This document shows, in pieces, positions 1 to 8,484 of a stretch of DNA of 56,447 bases (positions are counted from its first letter, which is position 1; the number at the start of each line of letters is the position of its first letter). The notes under the pieces were generated by a model, which had not been told where the DNA came from, did not search any database, and saw only the letters and a program-made list of their open reading frames with translations. Origin of the DNA: Rickettsia typhi (lineage in GTDB: Bacteria > Pseudomonadota > Alphaproteobacteria > Rickettsiales > UBA1997). A program made the translations under genes and the position numbers. The DNA is taken from NCBI GenBank assembly GCA_945878005.1, contig CAMCSJ010000001.1, positions 1 to 56,447 of the forward strand, given 5' to 3'.

Positions 1-448
1 GTAAATTCCAAAATCACATTACGAATTTTAGTTTTTGCAAAATTAGATTTTTTAACCCAGATTTTTCGACCCAGATTTACGATTCTAAATCCTATTAAAA
101 TCTTAATTTAACCTTTATAAATCAAGCTTTAGCAAGATAATTGGTAAAAATTAAAACCAAAATAAACTACAATAAAACTAACTTAAAACCAAAAAAAACT
201 AAAATAAAATCATAAATGAAATTATCAGATTTTGGCTAAAAAATATTAAATAATCAAATTTAAATCTCTTAACATTTCTTGTTAAAATTAATTTAAAATT
301 ATTGATTTGCAATATTTCTTTTATAAAAAATTAATTTTTTTAAAAGATTTAATTTTTAAAAAAAATCAACCAAATTATCAATTTAAATAAAATAAAACCA
401 AGTTAAAATATTTGAAAATAACTAAATATTTAAAAATTTTTTAAAAAA

Positions 449-524
449 TGGTGGGTGATGACAGGCTCGAACTGCCGACCCTCTCCTTGTAAGGGAGATG
501 CTCTACCAACTGAGCTAATCACCC
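449..524 (-). tRNA. tRNA-Val (anticodon UAC), 76 nt with encoded CCA
   Basis: Reverse complement reads GGGTGATTAGCTCAGTTGGTAGAGCATCTCCCTTACAAGGAGAGGGTCGGCAGTTCGAGCCTGTCATCACCCACCA. It has a 7-bp acceptor stem GGGTGAT/ATCACCC, an anticodon stem TCTCC/GGAGA with loop CTTACAA (UAC), and a T-loop TTCGAGC. Confidence 0.9.
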
Positions 525-790
525 AAATAATATCCGCATGAAAATTGCTATAAAATTCTTATAGAATCTCTAATTTAGGAAAAATATTTTCTAAGAATGA
601 CTGATTATTTTTGTATTTCAACAATTAATTTTAAAAATTATAAAATTAATTTTTTAGAAAATAAATTGTAAAAATTAATGTCAAAAATTAAAAAAAATTT
701 TAAGAAAATTTTAAGAAAATTTATAGGGAATTTGAAAATTCAATTTGAATATCGATTCAAAATTTTTTTGGCAAAATAATTTTGGCAACA

Positions 791-827
791 AAAAAACCCT
801 TACGATTTTTTTTCGTAAGGGTTTTTT
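791..827 (-). terminator. Rho-independent (bidirectional) terminator downstream of hup
   Basis: Perfect inverted repeat AAAAAACCCTTACGA (791-805) / TCGTAAGGGTTTTTT (813-827) with a T7 loop. On the minus-strand transcript the GC-containing stem CCCUUACGA/UCGUAAGGG is followed by a U run, 7 nt after the hup stop codon. Confidence 0.8.
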
Positions 828-833
828 GTAAAA

Positions 834-1106
834 CTATTTAACAGAATCTTTCAAAGCTTTTCCAGCTGAGAATTTAACTCTTTTAGAAGCTTTAATTTGA
901 ATTTCTTTTCCAGTTTGTGGATTGCGTCCTTTTCTAGGAGCAGTTTTAACAACTTTAAAAGTTCCAAAACCAATCAAAGTTACGGTATCACCTTTTTTCA
1001 AAGATTTAGTAACTGTTTTCAAGAAAGCCTCTAAAGATGCAGCGGCATCTTTTTGTGATAGGCCAGTTTGGTTTGCAATTTCTTTAATTAAGTCTGTTTT
1101 ATGCAT
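834..1106 (-). CDS. hup: DNA-binding protein HU (HU/IHF family)
   Basis: 90 aa. MHKTDLIKEIA...GFGTFKVVKTAPRKGRNPQTGKEIQIKASKRVKFSAGKALKD matches the canonical HU arm motif (GFGxF...R.GRNP.TGE.I.I....V.F..G..LK). Confidence 0.9.
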   Translation of the reverse strand: MHKTDLIKEIANQTGLSQKDAAASLEAFLKTVTKSLKKGDTVTLIGFGTFKVVKTAPRKGRNPQTGKEIQIKASKRVKFSAGKALKDSVK

Positions 1107-1276
1107 AAATGATCTCTTTTATGTTAATATTAAAAAAACAAAACAAGCTAACACTTCTATTTTTCAATATTGGTTTTAGCAAGTTTGTTCCCTAAACTTA
1201 CAGACCTAAAAAATTTAAAGCAACAGTTAATTTCAAAAAATCTTAAAATTTTATGTAGGGTAGGGCTTAGGGATTG

Positions 1277-1876
1277 CTAGTTTAAGGAAAATATCTTGGT
1301 GGTGGTAGCAATGAAATCAAGGGTTTGATCGTGTTTTTGTGCATTTAGAAATGATTGAGACTCTTGAAAATCAAATGCTAAACCAATTGTTTTAATTTTG
1401 GAATTTATGGTCTTATGTTTGGCAATAGTTCGATCATAATAGCCTTTTCCCATGCCTAGTCTCATAAGCTTATGATCAAATGCTAAAAGCGGAGTAATTA
1501 TAAAATCGGGAATGATGATAATTCCATTAAGCGGTTCATATATTTTTTTATAATCTAAATTGGATTTAAATTCTTGATGATCTTGATATTTGATAAAATC
1601 GATGAGGTTGTTGGAGTAGTTGATTCTAGGATAGGAGAAGTTAATTTCATTGATGATAAAAAATTGTTTTAAAAAACTAGTATCAACTTCGTTAAAAGCA
1701 TTTTGATATAGGCCAAAGTTTTTATTTTGAATATTGGGAAGTTTATAAAATAAATTTTCAATAAAATTTTGACAAATTTTTTGAGATTGCAATTCAACTT
1801 CCTGCTTACTTAATGAAGATCTTAAGGCTTGAAAATGTTTTCGTAAGATTTGTTTTTCGTTGATTATGTTATTCAT
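1277..1876 (-). CDS. 5-formyltetrahydrofolate cyclo-ligase (MTHFS/YgfA family)
   Basis: 199 aa with the C-terminal family motif LMRLGMGKGYYDR and the later DxxLD. It also sits in the conserved position downstream of zapA. Confidence 0.75.
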   Translation of the reverse strand: MNNIINEKQILRKHFQALRSSLSKQEVELQSQKICQNFIENLFYKLPNIQNKNFGLYQNAFNEVDTSFLKQFFIINEINFSYPRINYSNNLIDFIKYQDHQEFKSNLDYKKIYEPLNGIIIIPDFIITPLLAFDHKLMRLGMGKGYYDRTIAKHKTINSKIKTIGLAFDFQESQSFLNAQKHDQTLDFIATTTKIFSLN

Positions 1877-1971
1877 AACAAGTTTAGTTTAATCTAATAA
1901 AAATATTAAAAGAAAACAAAATATAACAAAATTATTATTTGCTAAGTTTTCTTATTTATTGTTGTGAAATG

Positions 1972-2304
1972 TTAATAATCTTGAATTTTGGAAATAAGTT
2001 TTTCGATGTAATTATTGATATTATCGATATTTTCGGTGATTGCATCGTAAATATCATCTTCACTAAACTCAGAATTTTTTGGTGATAAAGCAATATTTTT
2101 TTTAGAATTGGCATTGTTTAATTCTTCAATGACCATTAAAGAGCATAGCACTAGCAAGGTTTTTTCATCAACATCGCCAAGAGCTTGCTTGAGTTTATTA
2201 AGTTTTAAATCAAGCTTTTGAGCATTGGTAATGATTTTATTTTTTTCATTATCATTGCACTCAATTTTATATCGAGATTTTAAAAGGTTAATTTCAACTA
2301 TCAT
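1972..2304 (-). CDS. zapA: Cell division protein ZapA (start moved to internal ATG at 2304)
   Basis: From MIVEINLLKSRYKIECNDNEKNKIITNAQKLDLKLNKL...LLVLCSLMVIEEL the sequence follows the ZapA pattern (V.V.I.G..Y.I.C.....E..L...A..L...V......LLVM.AL.IA.EL). The ATG at 2304 overlaps the upstream ORF stop by 11 nt, and the longer track ORF (to 2355) would run deep into that gene. Confidence 0.7.
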   Translation of the reverse strand: MIVEINLLKSRYKIECNDNEKNKIITNAQKLDLKLNKLKQALGDVDEKTLLVLCSLMVIEELNNANSKKNIALSPKNSEFSEDDIYDAITENIDNINNYIEKLISKIQDY

Positions 2305-2671
2305 AATTTTGTAAAATTTCTTCAATTTTAATAATTTCAGAATTTGCCGATTCAAGAATATTATTGGCTTGATTGCGAAAATGTAAAATTTTTTGAGTAA
2401 GAATTTTATTTTTTTCTCGTAAAAATTCTGCTTCTTTTTCTAGGTTATTTAAGGTTTGTTGAAGATGGTTAATTTCTTGATTTTGTTTTTCTAAGGCAAG
2501 ATTTAATTCCAGAGATTTCATTGAAGAAGGAGTTGAAGACTCATCGAGCATTCGGGTTTCAATTGCACTTTCGTGAATTTTTTCTTTAATAATTTCTTCC
2601 AAATTTTTGAGAGTATTTGAAAGCTTCTTGCGAGAATTTGAAAATCTTTGTTGTGAATTGTTATTTTCCAT
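2294..2671 (-). CDS. Coiled-coil protein, DUF4164/ZauP-like (ZapA-associated)
   Basis: 125 aa, almost entirely heptad-like coiled coil. It lies immediately upstream of and overlapping zapA, as zauP does in alphaproteobacteria. The call rests on position and architecture only. Confidence 0.45.
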   Translation of the reverse strand: MENNNSQQRFSNSRKKLSNTLKNLEEIIKEKIHESAIETRMLDESSTPSSMKSLELNLALEKQNQEINHLQQTLNNLEKEAEFLREKNKILTQKILHFRNQANNILESANSEIIKIEEILQNYDS

Positions 2672-2690
2672 AAATATTATTGATTATAAT

Positions 2691-3929
2691 TTAAGTTCTA
2701 TAATCTTTGTTAATTTTAATATATTCTTCATTTAAATCGCAAGTCCAAACTGTACTAGATTTAGAGCCGATCGCCAAGTTTATAGAAATTTTTACTTGCG
2801 AATTTTTTAAATATTCATGAACTAATTTTTCATCATATTGCGGATGTTTAGCTCCATTTTGAGTAAGTGGATGATCGCCAATTTTCACTAACAAAGTTTG
2901 GGGATTAGCATCATCACAAGATTTTCCAACTGCCATAACAATTCTTCCCCAATTAGGATCTGCTCCTGCAATTGCAGTTTTAACTAAAGGAGAATTGGCA
3001 ATTGCCATAGCAACTTGTTTAGCCTGAATCTCGGTATTAGCATTTTCAACGGTGATTTCAATTAGTTTTTTTGCACCTTCTCCATCAATAACAATTTTTT
3101 TGGCTAATTCTAAACATAACTCGTTAAGAGTTGTGATAAAATTTTGTAACTCCTTGCTGTTTGAATCAGTGATTTGATGATCGCCAATTGCGTTTGTTGC
3201 AAAGAGTAAAACCGTATCATTGGTTGATTGATCGGAATCAACGGTGATAGAATTAAAACTTTTTTCAACTGCTTGTTCGAGGATTTTTTGCAAAGTATTT
3301 CCAGCAATTTTAGCGTCAGTAAAAATATAACCAAGCATGGTTGCCATATTTGGAGCGATCATTCCTGAGCCCTTGGCGAATCCAACTAAATGAACAGTTT
3401 TGTGATTAATTTGACAAGATCTTCTTACGATTTTTTTAGAAGTATCGGTAGTCATTATTGCTTGAGCAGCTCTATTAAACATTTCTTCTTGATCAAAATT
3501 TTGATCTACCAAATTTTTAGAATCTTGATCATTTAAATTTTCAATTTTTTTTGATTCAATCATCTTGGGAATTGCTTGGCAAATGAGATCAGCATCAAGA
3601 ACTTCGCCAATAACTCCTGTTGAAGAAACAAAAACTTCTTCATTTTTACAATTTAGATTTTTGGCAATTGCGTTAACAACTTTTTGAACAGTCTCATCGC
3701 CAATTTTTCCAGTGAAAGCATTGGCATTTCCTGAATTGACAATTAATGCTCTTGCAAAATGATTATCGATATTTTTTTTGCACCAACTAATCGGAGATGC
3801 AGGCATGGATGATTTAGTGAAAACTCCTGCAACAGATGCTCCATCTGGGAAATCGATTAAAAGTAAATCATCACGATTTTTATATTTTATTCCACAATTT
3901 GTGGTATAAATTTTAATATTTTTTATCAT
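2691..3929 (-). CDS. argJ: Bifunctional ornithine acetyltransferase / N-acetylglutamate synthase ArgJ
   Basis: 412 aa. Carries MTTDT, the autoprocessing site context GMIAPNMATMLGYIFTDA, SDQSTNDT, GADPNWGRI and a C-terminal YIKINKDYRT-type end, all typical of ArgJ. Confidence 0.9.
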   Translation of the reverse strand: MIKNIKIYTTNCGIKYKNRDDLLLIDFPDGASVAGVFTKSSMPASPISWCKKNIDNHFARALIVNSGNANAFTGKIGDETVQKVVNAIAKNLNCKNEEVFVSSTGVIGEVLDADLICQAIPKMIESKKIENLNDQDSKNLVDQNFDQEEMFNRAAQAIMTTDTSKKIVRRSCQINHKTVHLVGFAKGSGMIAPNMATMLGYIFTDAKIAGNTLQKILEQAVEKSFNSITVDSDQSTNDTVLLFATNAIGDHQITDSNSKELQNFITTLNELCLELAKKIVIDGEGAKKLIEITVENANTEIQAKQVAMAIANSPLVKTAIAGADPNWGRIVMAVGKSCDDANPQTLLVKIGDHPLTQNGAKHPQYDEKLVHEYLKNSQVKISINLAIGSKSSTVWTCDLNEEYIKINKDYRT

Positions 3930-3961
3930 TGATTTTGTAAAAATTTTAATTAATTAAAAAA

Positions 3962-4765
3962 TTATAATTTTATTTTTTTAGAAAAATTTTTAACAATTTG
4001 AAGTGTGTTGTCAAGCAATGATTCTTGGTTAATATTTTTAGCAATTTCACTAACAATTGCCGAACCAATAACTACTCCATCGGGTTTAATTTGAACGAAT
4101 TCCTGAGCTTGATTAGGGTTTTGAATTCCAAAGCCAATGGCGATAGGAAGTTGAGAAATTTTTCGTAATTTTTGAAGATTTTTTTCATTATCTTTAGCAA
4201 TTGCAAGTTTAGTTCCTGTAATTCCAAACATTGAAATTAAATATAAAAATCCACTAGCATTTTTGATAATTTTTTTAACTCTATTAACATCGCTACTTGG
4301 AGCAATTAAGCGGATAAAATCAAGTTTGGTTTTAGTTAATTCGCTAAGGATTTCTTGTTCTTCTTCGTAAGGTAAATCAACAATTAAAATGCCATCAAAG
4401 CCTGATTGCTGTGCTTCTTTAAAAATTTTATTAAGTCCAAATTTAAAAATTGGATTGAAATAACTCATTAAAATCAAGGGAGTTTCTTCATCATCTTTAC
4501 GAAATTCCTTGGCTAATTGTAAAATTTTTTTTAAATTAATTCCCGAAGAAATTGCTCTCTTGGAAGCATTTTCGATAATTGGACCATCTCCAGATGGATC
4601 AAGAAATGGAACACCGATTTCAATTAAATCAGCTCCATTTTTTGGCAATTCTTTAAGAAGCTTAAGCGAAGTTGAAAAATCTGGATCACCTCCGCAAAGA
4701 TAAGCAATGAATGCGCATTTTTTTTGCTTTTTTAATTCTAAAAATTTCTTGGTAATTCTACTCAC
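3962..4765 (-). CDS. trpA: Tryptophan synthase alpha chain
   Basis: 267 aa. [25 protein letters not shown] matches the TrpA active-site region (E.G.PFSDP.ADGP.IQ). It overlaps trpB by 4 nt (ATGA-type coupling). Confidence 0.9.
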   Translation of the reverse strand: MSRITKKFLELKKQKKCAFIAYLCGGDPDFSTSLKLLKELPKNGADLIEIGVPFLDPSGDGPIIENASKRAISSGINLKKILQLAKEFRKDDEETPLILMSYFNPIFKFGLNKIFKEAQQSGFDGILIVDLPYEEEQEILSELTKTKLDFIRLIAPSSDVNRVKKIIKNASGFLYLISMFGITGTKLAIAKDNEKNLQKLRKISQLPIAIGFGIQNPNQAQEFVQIKPDGVVIGSAIVSEIAKNINQESLLDNTLQIVKNFSKKIKL

Positions 4766-6081
4766 AGTTTAAATCCTAAATGTTGGGCAACAGTATTGAT
4801 ATCCTTATCTCCTCGCCCGGAAAGATTAGTGATAATAATTTGATTTGGCTTCATTTTTTTTGCTAATTTGCAAGCAAAAGAAATTCCATGAGCTGATTCA
4901 AGAGCTGGAATTATTCCTTCAGTTTTGCATAATAATTGAAAAGATTCTAAAGCTTCTTCATCAGTTGCGCTAACATATTGAACTCTGTTAATTTGATGAA
5001 GATAAGCATGTTCGGGACCAATTCCTGGATAGTCAAGTCCTGCTGAAATGGAATGAGCATCGTTAATTTGACCATCATCATCTTGCAAGAAAAAAGTTTT
5101 ATTGCCATGCAAAATTCCAATAGTTCCTTTGGAAATTGATGAAGCGTGAAGTTTGGAATTTATTCCTTTTCCTCCAGCTTCGACTCCGTATAATTTAACA
5201 TCATCATCGATAAAATCATGAAATAATCCTAAGGCATTTGATCCTCCTCCGATACATGCAATTAAAGCATCGGGAAGTTTATTTTCCATTTCTAAAATTT
5301 GAGATTTTGCTTCTTTGCCAATTATTGAGTGAAAATCTCGAACCATCATCGGATAAGGATGTGGACCAGTTACCGTTCCAAGAAGATAGTAAGTATCTTG
5401 GGCATTGGCAATCCAATCTCGCATTGCTTCATTAATAGCATTTTTTAAACTTTTTGAACCCGATTCAACGGTCTTTACCTCAGCTCCAAGAAGTTTCATA
5501 CGAAAAACATTTGGCGATTGACGAGCAATATCTTTAGCTCCCATGTAAATTGTGCAAGGCATGGAAAATAATGCGCAAACTGTAGCAGTTGCAACACCAT
5601 GTTGTCCAGCTCCAGTTTCAGCGATTATTCTTTTTTTACCAAGACGCTTCGCAAGAAGAATTTGCCCGATACAATTATTGATTTTATGCGATCCTGTATG
5701 ATTAAGTTCATCTCGCTTTAGATAGATTTTTGCTCCACCAATTTTTTTAGTGAGTTGTTTTGCAAAGTAAAGTGGACTTGGACGACCAACGAAATGCTTT
5801 AAATAATAAGCAAATTCATCTTGAAATTTTTTATCTTGTTTAATTTTTAAATAGGCTTTTTGGAGTGCTAGAACTTGAGGCATAAGGGTTTCTGCAACAT
5901 AAGATCCTCCAAATTCACCAAATTTTCCTGCATCATTAGGTTGATTATAGGGAAGTTTTAAGTTTGATAATTTTTTTGATTGTGATTTGGGTTTAATGTT
6001 TTGGTGATTTGAATCCGCTTTAATTTTGGAGTTTATTTTAGTTTTTGAGTTTGGGTTTTTTTTTATGTTAATTTTTGACAT
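4762..6081 (-). CDS. trpB: Tryptophan synthase beta chain with a Lys-rich ~45-aa N-terminal extension
   Basis: Carries [16 protein letters not shown], the PLP-lysine motif [20 protein letters not shown] and GGGSNALG. I saw no in-frame ATG/GTG/TTG between the annotated start and the conserved core. Confidence 0.9.
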   Translation of the reverse strand: MSKINIKKNPNSKTKINSKIKADSNHQNIKPKSQSKKLSNLKLPYNQPNDAGKFGEFGGSYVAETLMPQVLALQKAYLKIKQDKKFQDEFAYYLKHFVGRPSPLYFAKQLTKKIGGAKIYLKRDELNHTGSHKINNCIGQILLAKRLGKKRIIAETGAGQHGVATATVCALFSMPCTIYMGAKDIARQSPNVFRMKLLGAEVKTVESGSKSLKNAINEAMRDWIANAQDTYYLLGTVTGPHPYPMMVRDFHSIIGKEAKSQILEMENKLPDALIACIGGGSNALGLFHDFIDDDVKLYGVEAGGKGINSKLHASSISKGTIGILHGNKTFFLQDDDGQINDAHSISAGLDYPGIGPEHAYLHQINRVQYVSATDEEALESFQLLCKTEGIIPALESAHGISFACKLAKKMKPNQIIITNLSGRGDKDINTVAQHLGFKL

Positions 6082-6369
6082 GAAATAAATTTTTAATTAA
6101 AAATATTTAAAAGTTAACAAAATTTAACTAAAAATATTTTTATGGTTAAGTATGAGTAAAATTATTATAATTAAATTACCAATTAGTTTTATGATAATAT
6201 CATTTTTAAAAAAATCAAAAAAATTTTAAAATTATTTTTAGGTTAAAAGATATTTAAAATAATTCTACTAAAAAAAATAAAGCTTTACCTAGGATTATCA
6301 AGGCTTAAAAGGAATTTTTTTTCTAAAAGAATTAGCAAATTATTATTTTAGAGCAGATCAAAAATATTA

Positions 6370-6449
6370 TTGACATTAGAAAATTAACCCATAGATTTAC
6401 CATCTAATTCCATTAAATTCCAATTTAATCCAAAAAAATCCATAAAATT
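6370..6449 (+). promoter_or_regulatory. Candidate mraZ promoter (TTGACA-16 nt-TAGATT) followed by five tandem 10-mers, each starting CCA (candidate MraZ operator)
   Basis: TTGACA at 6370-6375 and TAGATT at 6392-6397. Positions 6400-6449 read ccatctaatt/ccattaaatt/ccaatttaat/ccaaaaaaat/ccataaaatt and end exactly at the mraZ ATG. Confidence 0.45.
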
Positions 6450-6899
6450 ATGGCGTTATTTTTATCAACATTCAATAACAAAGTCGATGCGAAGGGCAGG
6501 GTTTCTGTTCCTGCGCAATTTCGCTCGTCATTGGTAAGTGATAATTTTTCGTCAATGGTAATTTATGAATCTTTTATCAATGATTGTATTGAAGGTTGTG
6601 ATTTAGAAAGAATCAAAAAATTATCAGAATCAATCGATAATCTAGATCCATTTTCCGAGGAGCGAGATGCATTTGCAACTGCGGTATTAGGTGGATCGGT
6701 GCAATTAAGTATTGATGGAGATGGACGAGTAATTTTGCCAGAAACCTTACTTAAAAAAGCTAAAATAAAAGATATGGCAGTTTTTATTGGCAAAGGTTCA
6801 ACTTTTGAAATTTGGGAACCAAAAAGATTTGAAGAATATATGGCACAAGCAAAATCTCAAGCTAAGTCAAAACGAAATTTATTGAGGTTGAGTAAATGA
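6450..6899 (+). CDS. mraZ: Transcriptional regulator MraZ
   Basis: 149 aa. Two SpoVT/AbrB-like halves carry the DxKGRxxxP motifs (VDAKGRVSVPAQFR and IDGDGRVILPETL). It is the first gene of the dcw cluster. Confidence 0.9.
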   Translation: MALFLSTFNNKVDAKGRVSVPAQFRSSLVSDNFSSMVIYESFINDCIEGCDLERIKKLSESIDNLDPFSEERDAFATAVLGGSVQLSIDGDGRVILPETLLKKAKIKDMAVFIGKGSTFEIWEPKRFEEYMAQAKSQAKSKRNLLRLSK

Positions 6900-7840
6900 T
6901 TAATTCTAATTTTGCTAATGAAAATTTTCACATTCCTGTAATGCTTAATGAAGTTATGGAATTTTTAAAACCAAAGAAAAATCAAATTTATTGTGATGGA
7001 ACTTTTGGAGCAGGAGGATATAGCAAAGCAATTCTCGAATCATGTGATTGTAGTGTAATTGCTATTGATCGCGATCAAGATGTCAAAAAATTTGCTGAAG
7101 AAATTTTAAAAAAATTTCCAAATAATTTTAAATTTAATTTAGCAAAATTTTCACAAATAAAAGAAGTTTTACAAGAAAATAATATTGAAGATTTAGATGG
7201 GGTAGTTCTTGATATTGGAGTTTCTTCAATGCAACTTGACGAAAAATCTCGAGGATTTTCATTTGATTCTTTACAAAAACTTGATATGCGAATGGATCAA
7301 AATCAAGAATTAAGTGCATTTGAAGTGGTAAATAATTATAGCATTCAAGAACTTACTAAAATAATTCGTGATTATGGTGATGAGCCAAAAGCTCGAAAAA
7401 TTGCCGAAAAAATTGCTCAAAAACGTGAGAAGCAAATGATTACTAGTTGCTGTGAATTGGCTGACATAGTTCGATCTCTCTATGTTGGATATTACAAAAC
7501 CGATCCAGCAACTAGAACCTTTCAAGCCTTACGAATTTATGTTAATAATGAATTAGAAGAATTAAAACAAGCATTAGAAACTGCTTTAAAAATTTTAAAA
7601 AAAGGTGGAAGAATGGTGGTGGTTTCTTTTCATTCATTGGAAGATAAAATTGTCAAAGATTTTTTTAGAGCAAATTCTGGATTTCAAAAAAGTATCTCAA
7701 GATATCAACCTGAATCTCAAGAAAATGTTTTAAAAATAGTCGAGTTATTAAATAAATCGGTTATTGAACCAAGTGATTTTGAGGTTGAAAAAAACCCAAG
7801 ATCACGAAGTGCAAAATTAAGAGCTATAGTTAAGTTATAA
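6896..7840 (+). CDS. rsmH: 16S rRNA (cytosine1402-N4)-methyltransferase RsmH/MraW
   Basis: HIPVMLNEV, DGTFGAGGYS, DLGVSSMQLD-like LDIGVSSMQLDE, FHSLEDKIVK and NPRSRSAKLR are canonical RsmH motifs. Confidence 0.9.
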   Translation: MINSNFANENFHIPVMLNEVMEFLKPKKNQIYCDGTFGAGGYSKAILESCDCSVIAIDRDQDVKKFAEEILKKFPNNFKFNLAKFSQIKEVLQENNIEDLDGVVLDIGVSSMQLDEKSRGFSFDSLQKLDMRMDQNQELSAFEVVNNYSIQELTKIIRDYGDEPKARKIAEKIAQKREKQMITSCCELADIVRSLYVGYYKTDPATRTFQALRIYVNNELEELKQALETALKILKKGGRMVVVSFHSLEDKIVKDFFRANSGFQKSISRYQPESQENVLKIVELLNKSVIEPSDFEVEKNPRSRSAKLRAIVKL

Positions 7841-7952
7841 GTAATTTAACATTAAATTAAAATATTTAATTAAATAAAATTATTTTAAATATTTTATAAT
7901 AAATTTAAATATAAAACAATAAAGTTATTAATAAATTTTTTTTTAAACAACA

Positions 7953-8318
7953 ATGAAATATTATTGGCATTCATTAAATAAAATCTATTTTATCAATTTA
8001 GTGGTTATTGGATCTTTATTATTAAGCATCTTCACGATGTTTTTCGTGCAATATAAAGTTGAATCATTACAAGATGATATTTTTAAAACCAAGAATGAAA
8101 TTTCTTCCATGGAAGATGAAATTAGACTTTTAGAAGTTGAATGGGTTTACTTAACCAGACCTGAAAGATTAAGAATTTTAGTTGCAAAATATTTAAAAAA
8201 TAACGGTTATGCATTGGCAAGTCAAATCAAATCAGTTGAGCAATTAGAAAAGCTCTATCCAGCTAGTTATCAAAAAGAAGAATCTCTAAATCAAGAAATT
8301 AATCCTTCGCAAATTTAA
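7953..8318 (+). CDS. ftsL: Cell division protein FtsL (alphaproteobacterial type)
   Basis: 121 aa with a single N-terminal TM (INLVVIGSLLLSIFTMFFV), then a coiled coil and EWVYLTRPERLRILVAKYL, typical of alphaproteobacterial FtsL. It sits in the position after rsmH. Confidence 0.7.
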   Translation: MKYYWHSLNKIYFINLVVIGSLLLSIFTMFFVQYKVESLQDDIFKTKNEISSMEDEIRLLEVEWVYLTRPERLRILVAKYLKNNGYALASQIKSVEQLEKLYPASYQKEESLNQEINPSQI

Positions 8319-8484
8319 GATTAAAATTTTTTAATAATTTAAAATTATAATTTTCATTTTTATACAATGAATTTTTTTATTTAATTAAAAAAAATTAATC
8401 TTGACTTTTATAACAAATTTTTCTTATAAATAAAAATTATTAAATTAGCAACAAATCTCTAAACAAACTTTATAGGTAAATATT

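Noticed and set aside
698-719. 11-nt tandem repeat TTTTAAGAAAA x2, and nearby TTTTGGCAA x2 (about 765-790).
   Set aside because: These are very short, low-complexity AT-rich repeats in non-coding DNA, expected by slippage or chance. No functional inference is possible.
922-1179. 85-aa ORF antisense to hup. The same class includes 3110-3334, 4509-4703, 5238-5435, 6563-6793, 7134-7319 and 7310-7525.
   Set aside because: All lie inside, and antisense to or out of frame with, strongly supported conserved genes (hup, argJ, trpA, trpB, mraZ, rsmH). Their products are low-complexity mirror translations. These are typical shadow ORFs.
1877-1971. Looked for 6S RNA (ssrS), which classically sits between zapA and the 5-formyl-THF cyclo-ligase gene.
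   Set aside because: The gap is only 95 nt and nearly pure A/T, with no long imperfect hairpin. That is too short for a ~160-185-nt 6S RNA, so I cannot support a call. A covariance-model scan (Rfam RF00013) over 1800-2400 would settle it.
8401-8430. Sigma70-like hexamers TTGACT-18 nt-TATAAA upstream of the giant gene.
   Set aside because: In ~20% GC intergenic DNA such matches occur frequently. The spacing is suboptimal and the -10 lacks the final T, so this is not reported as a feature.
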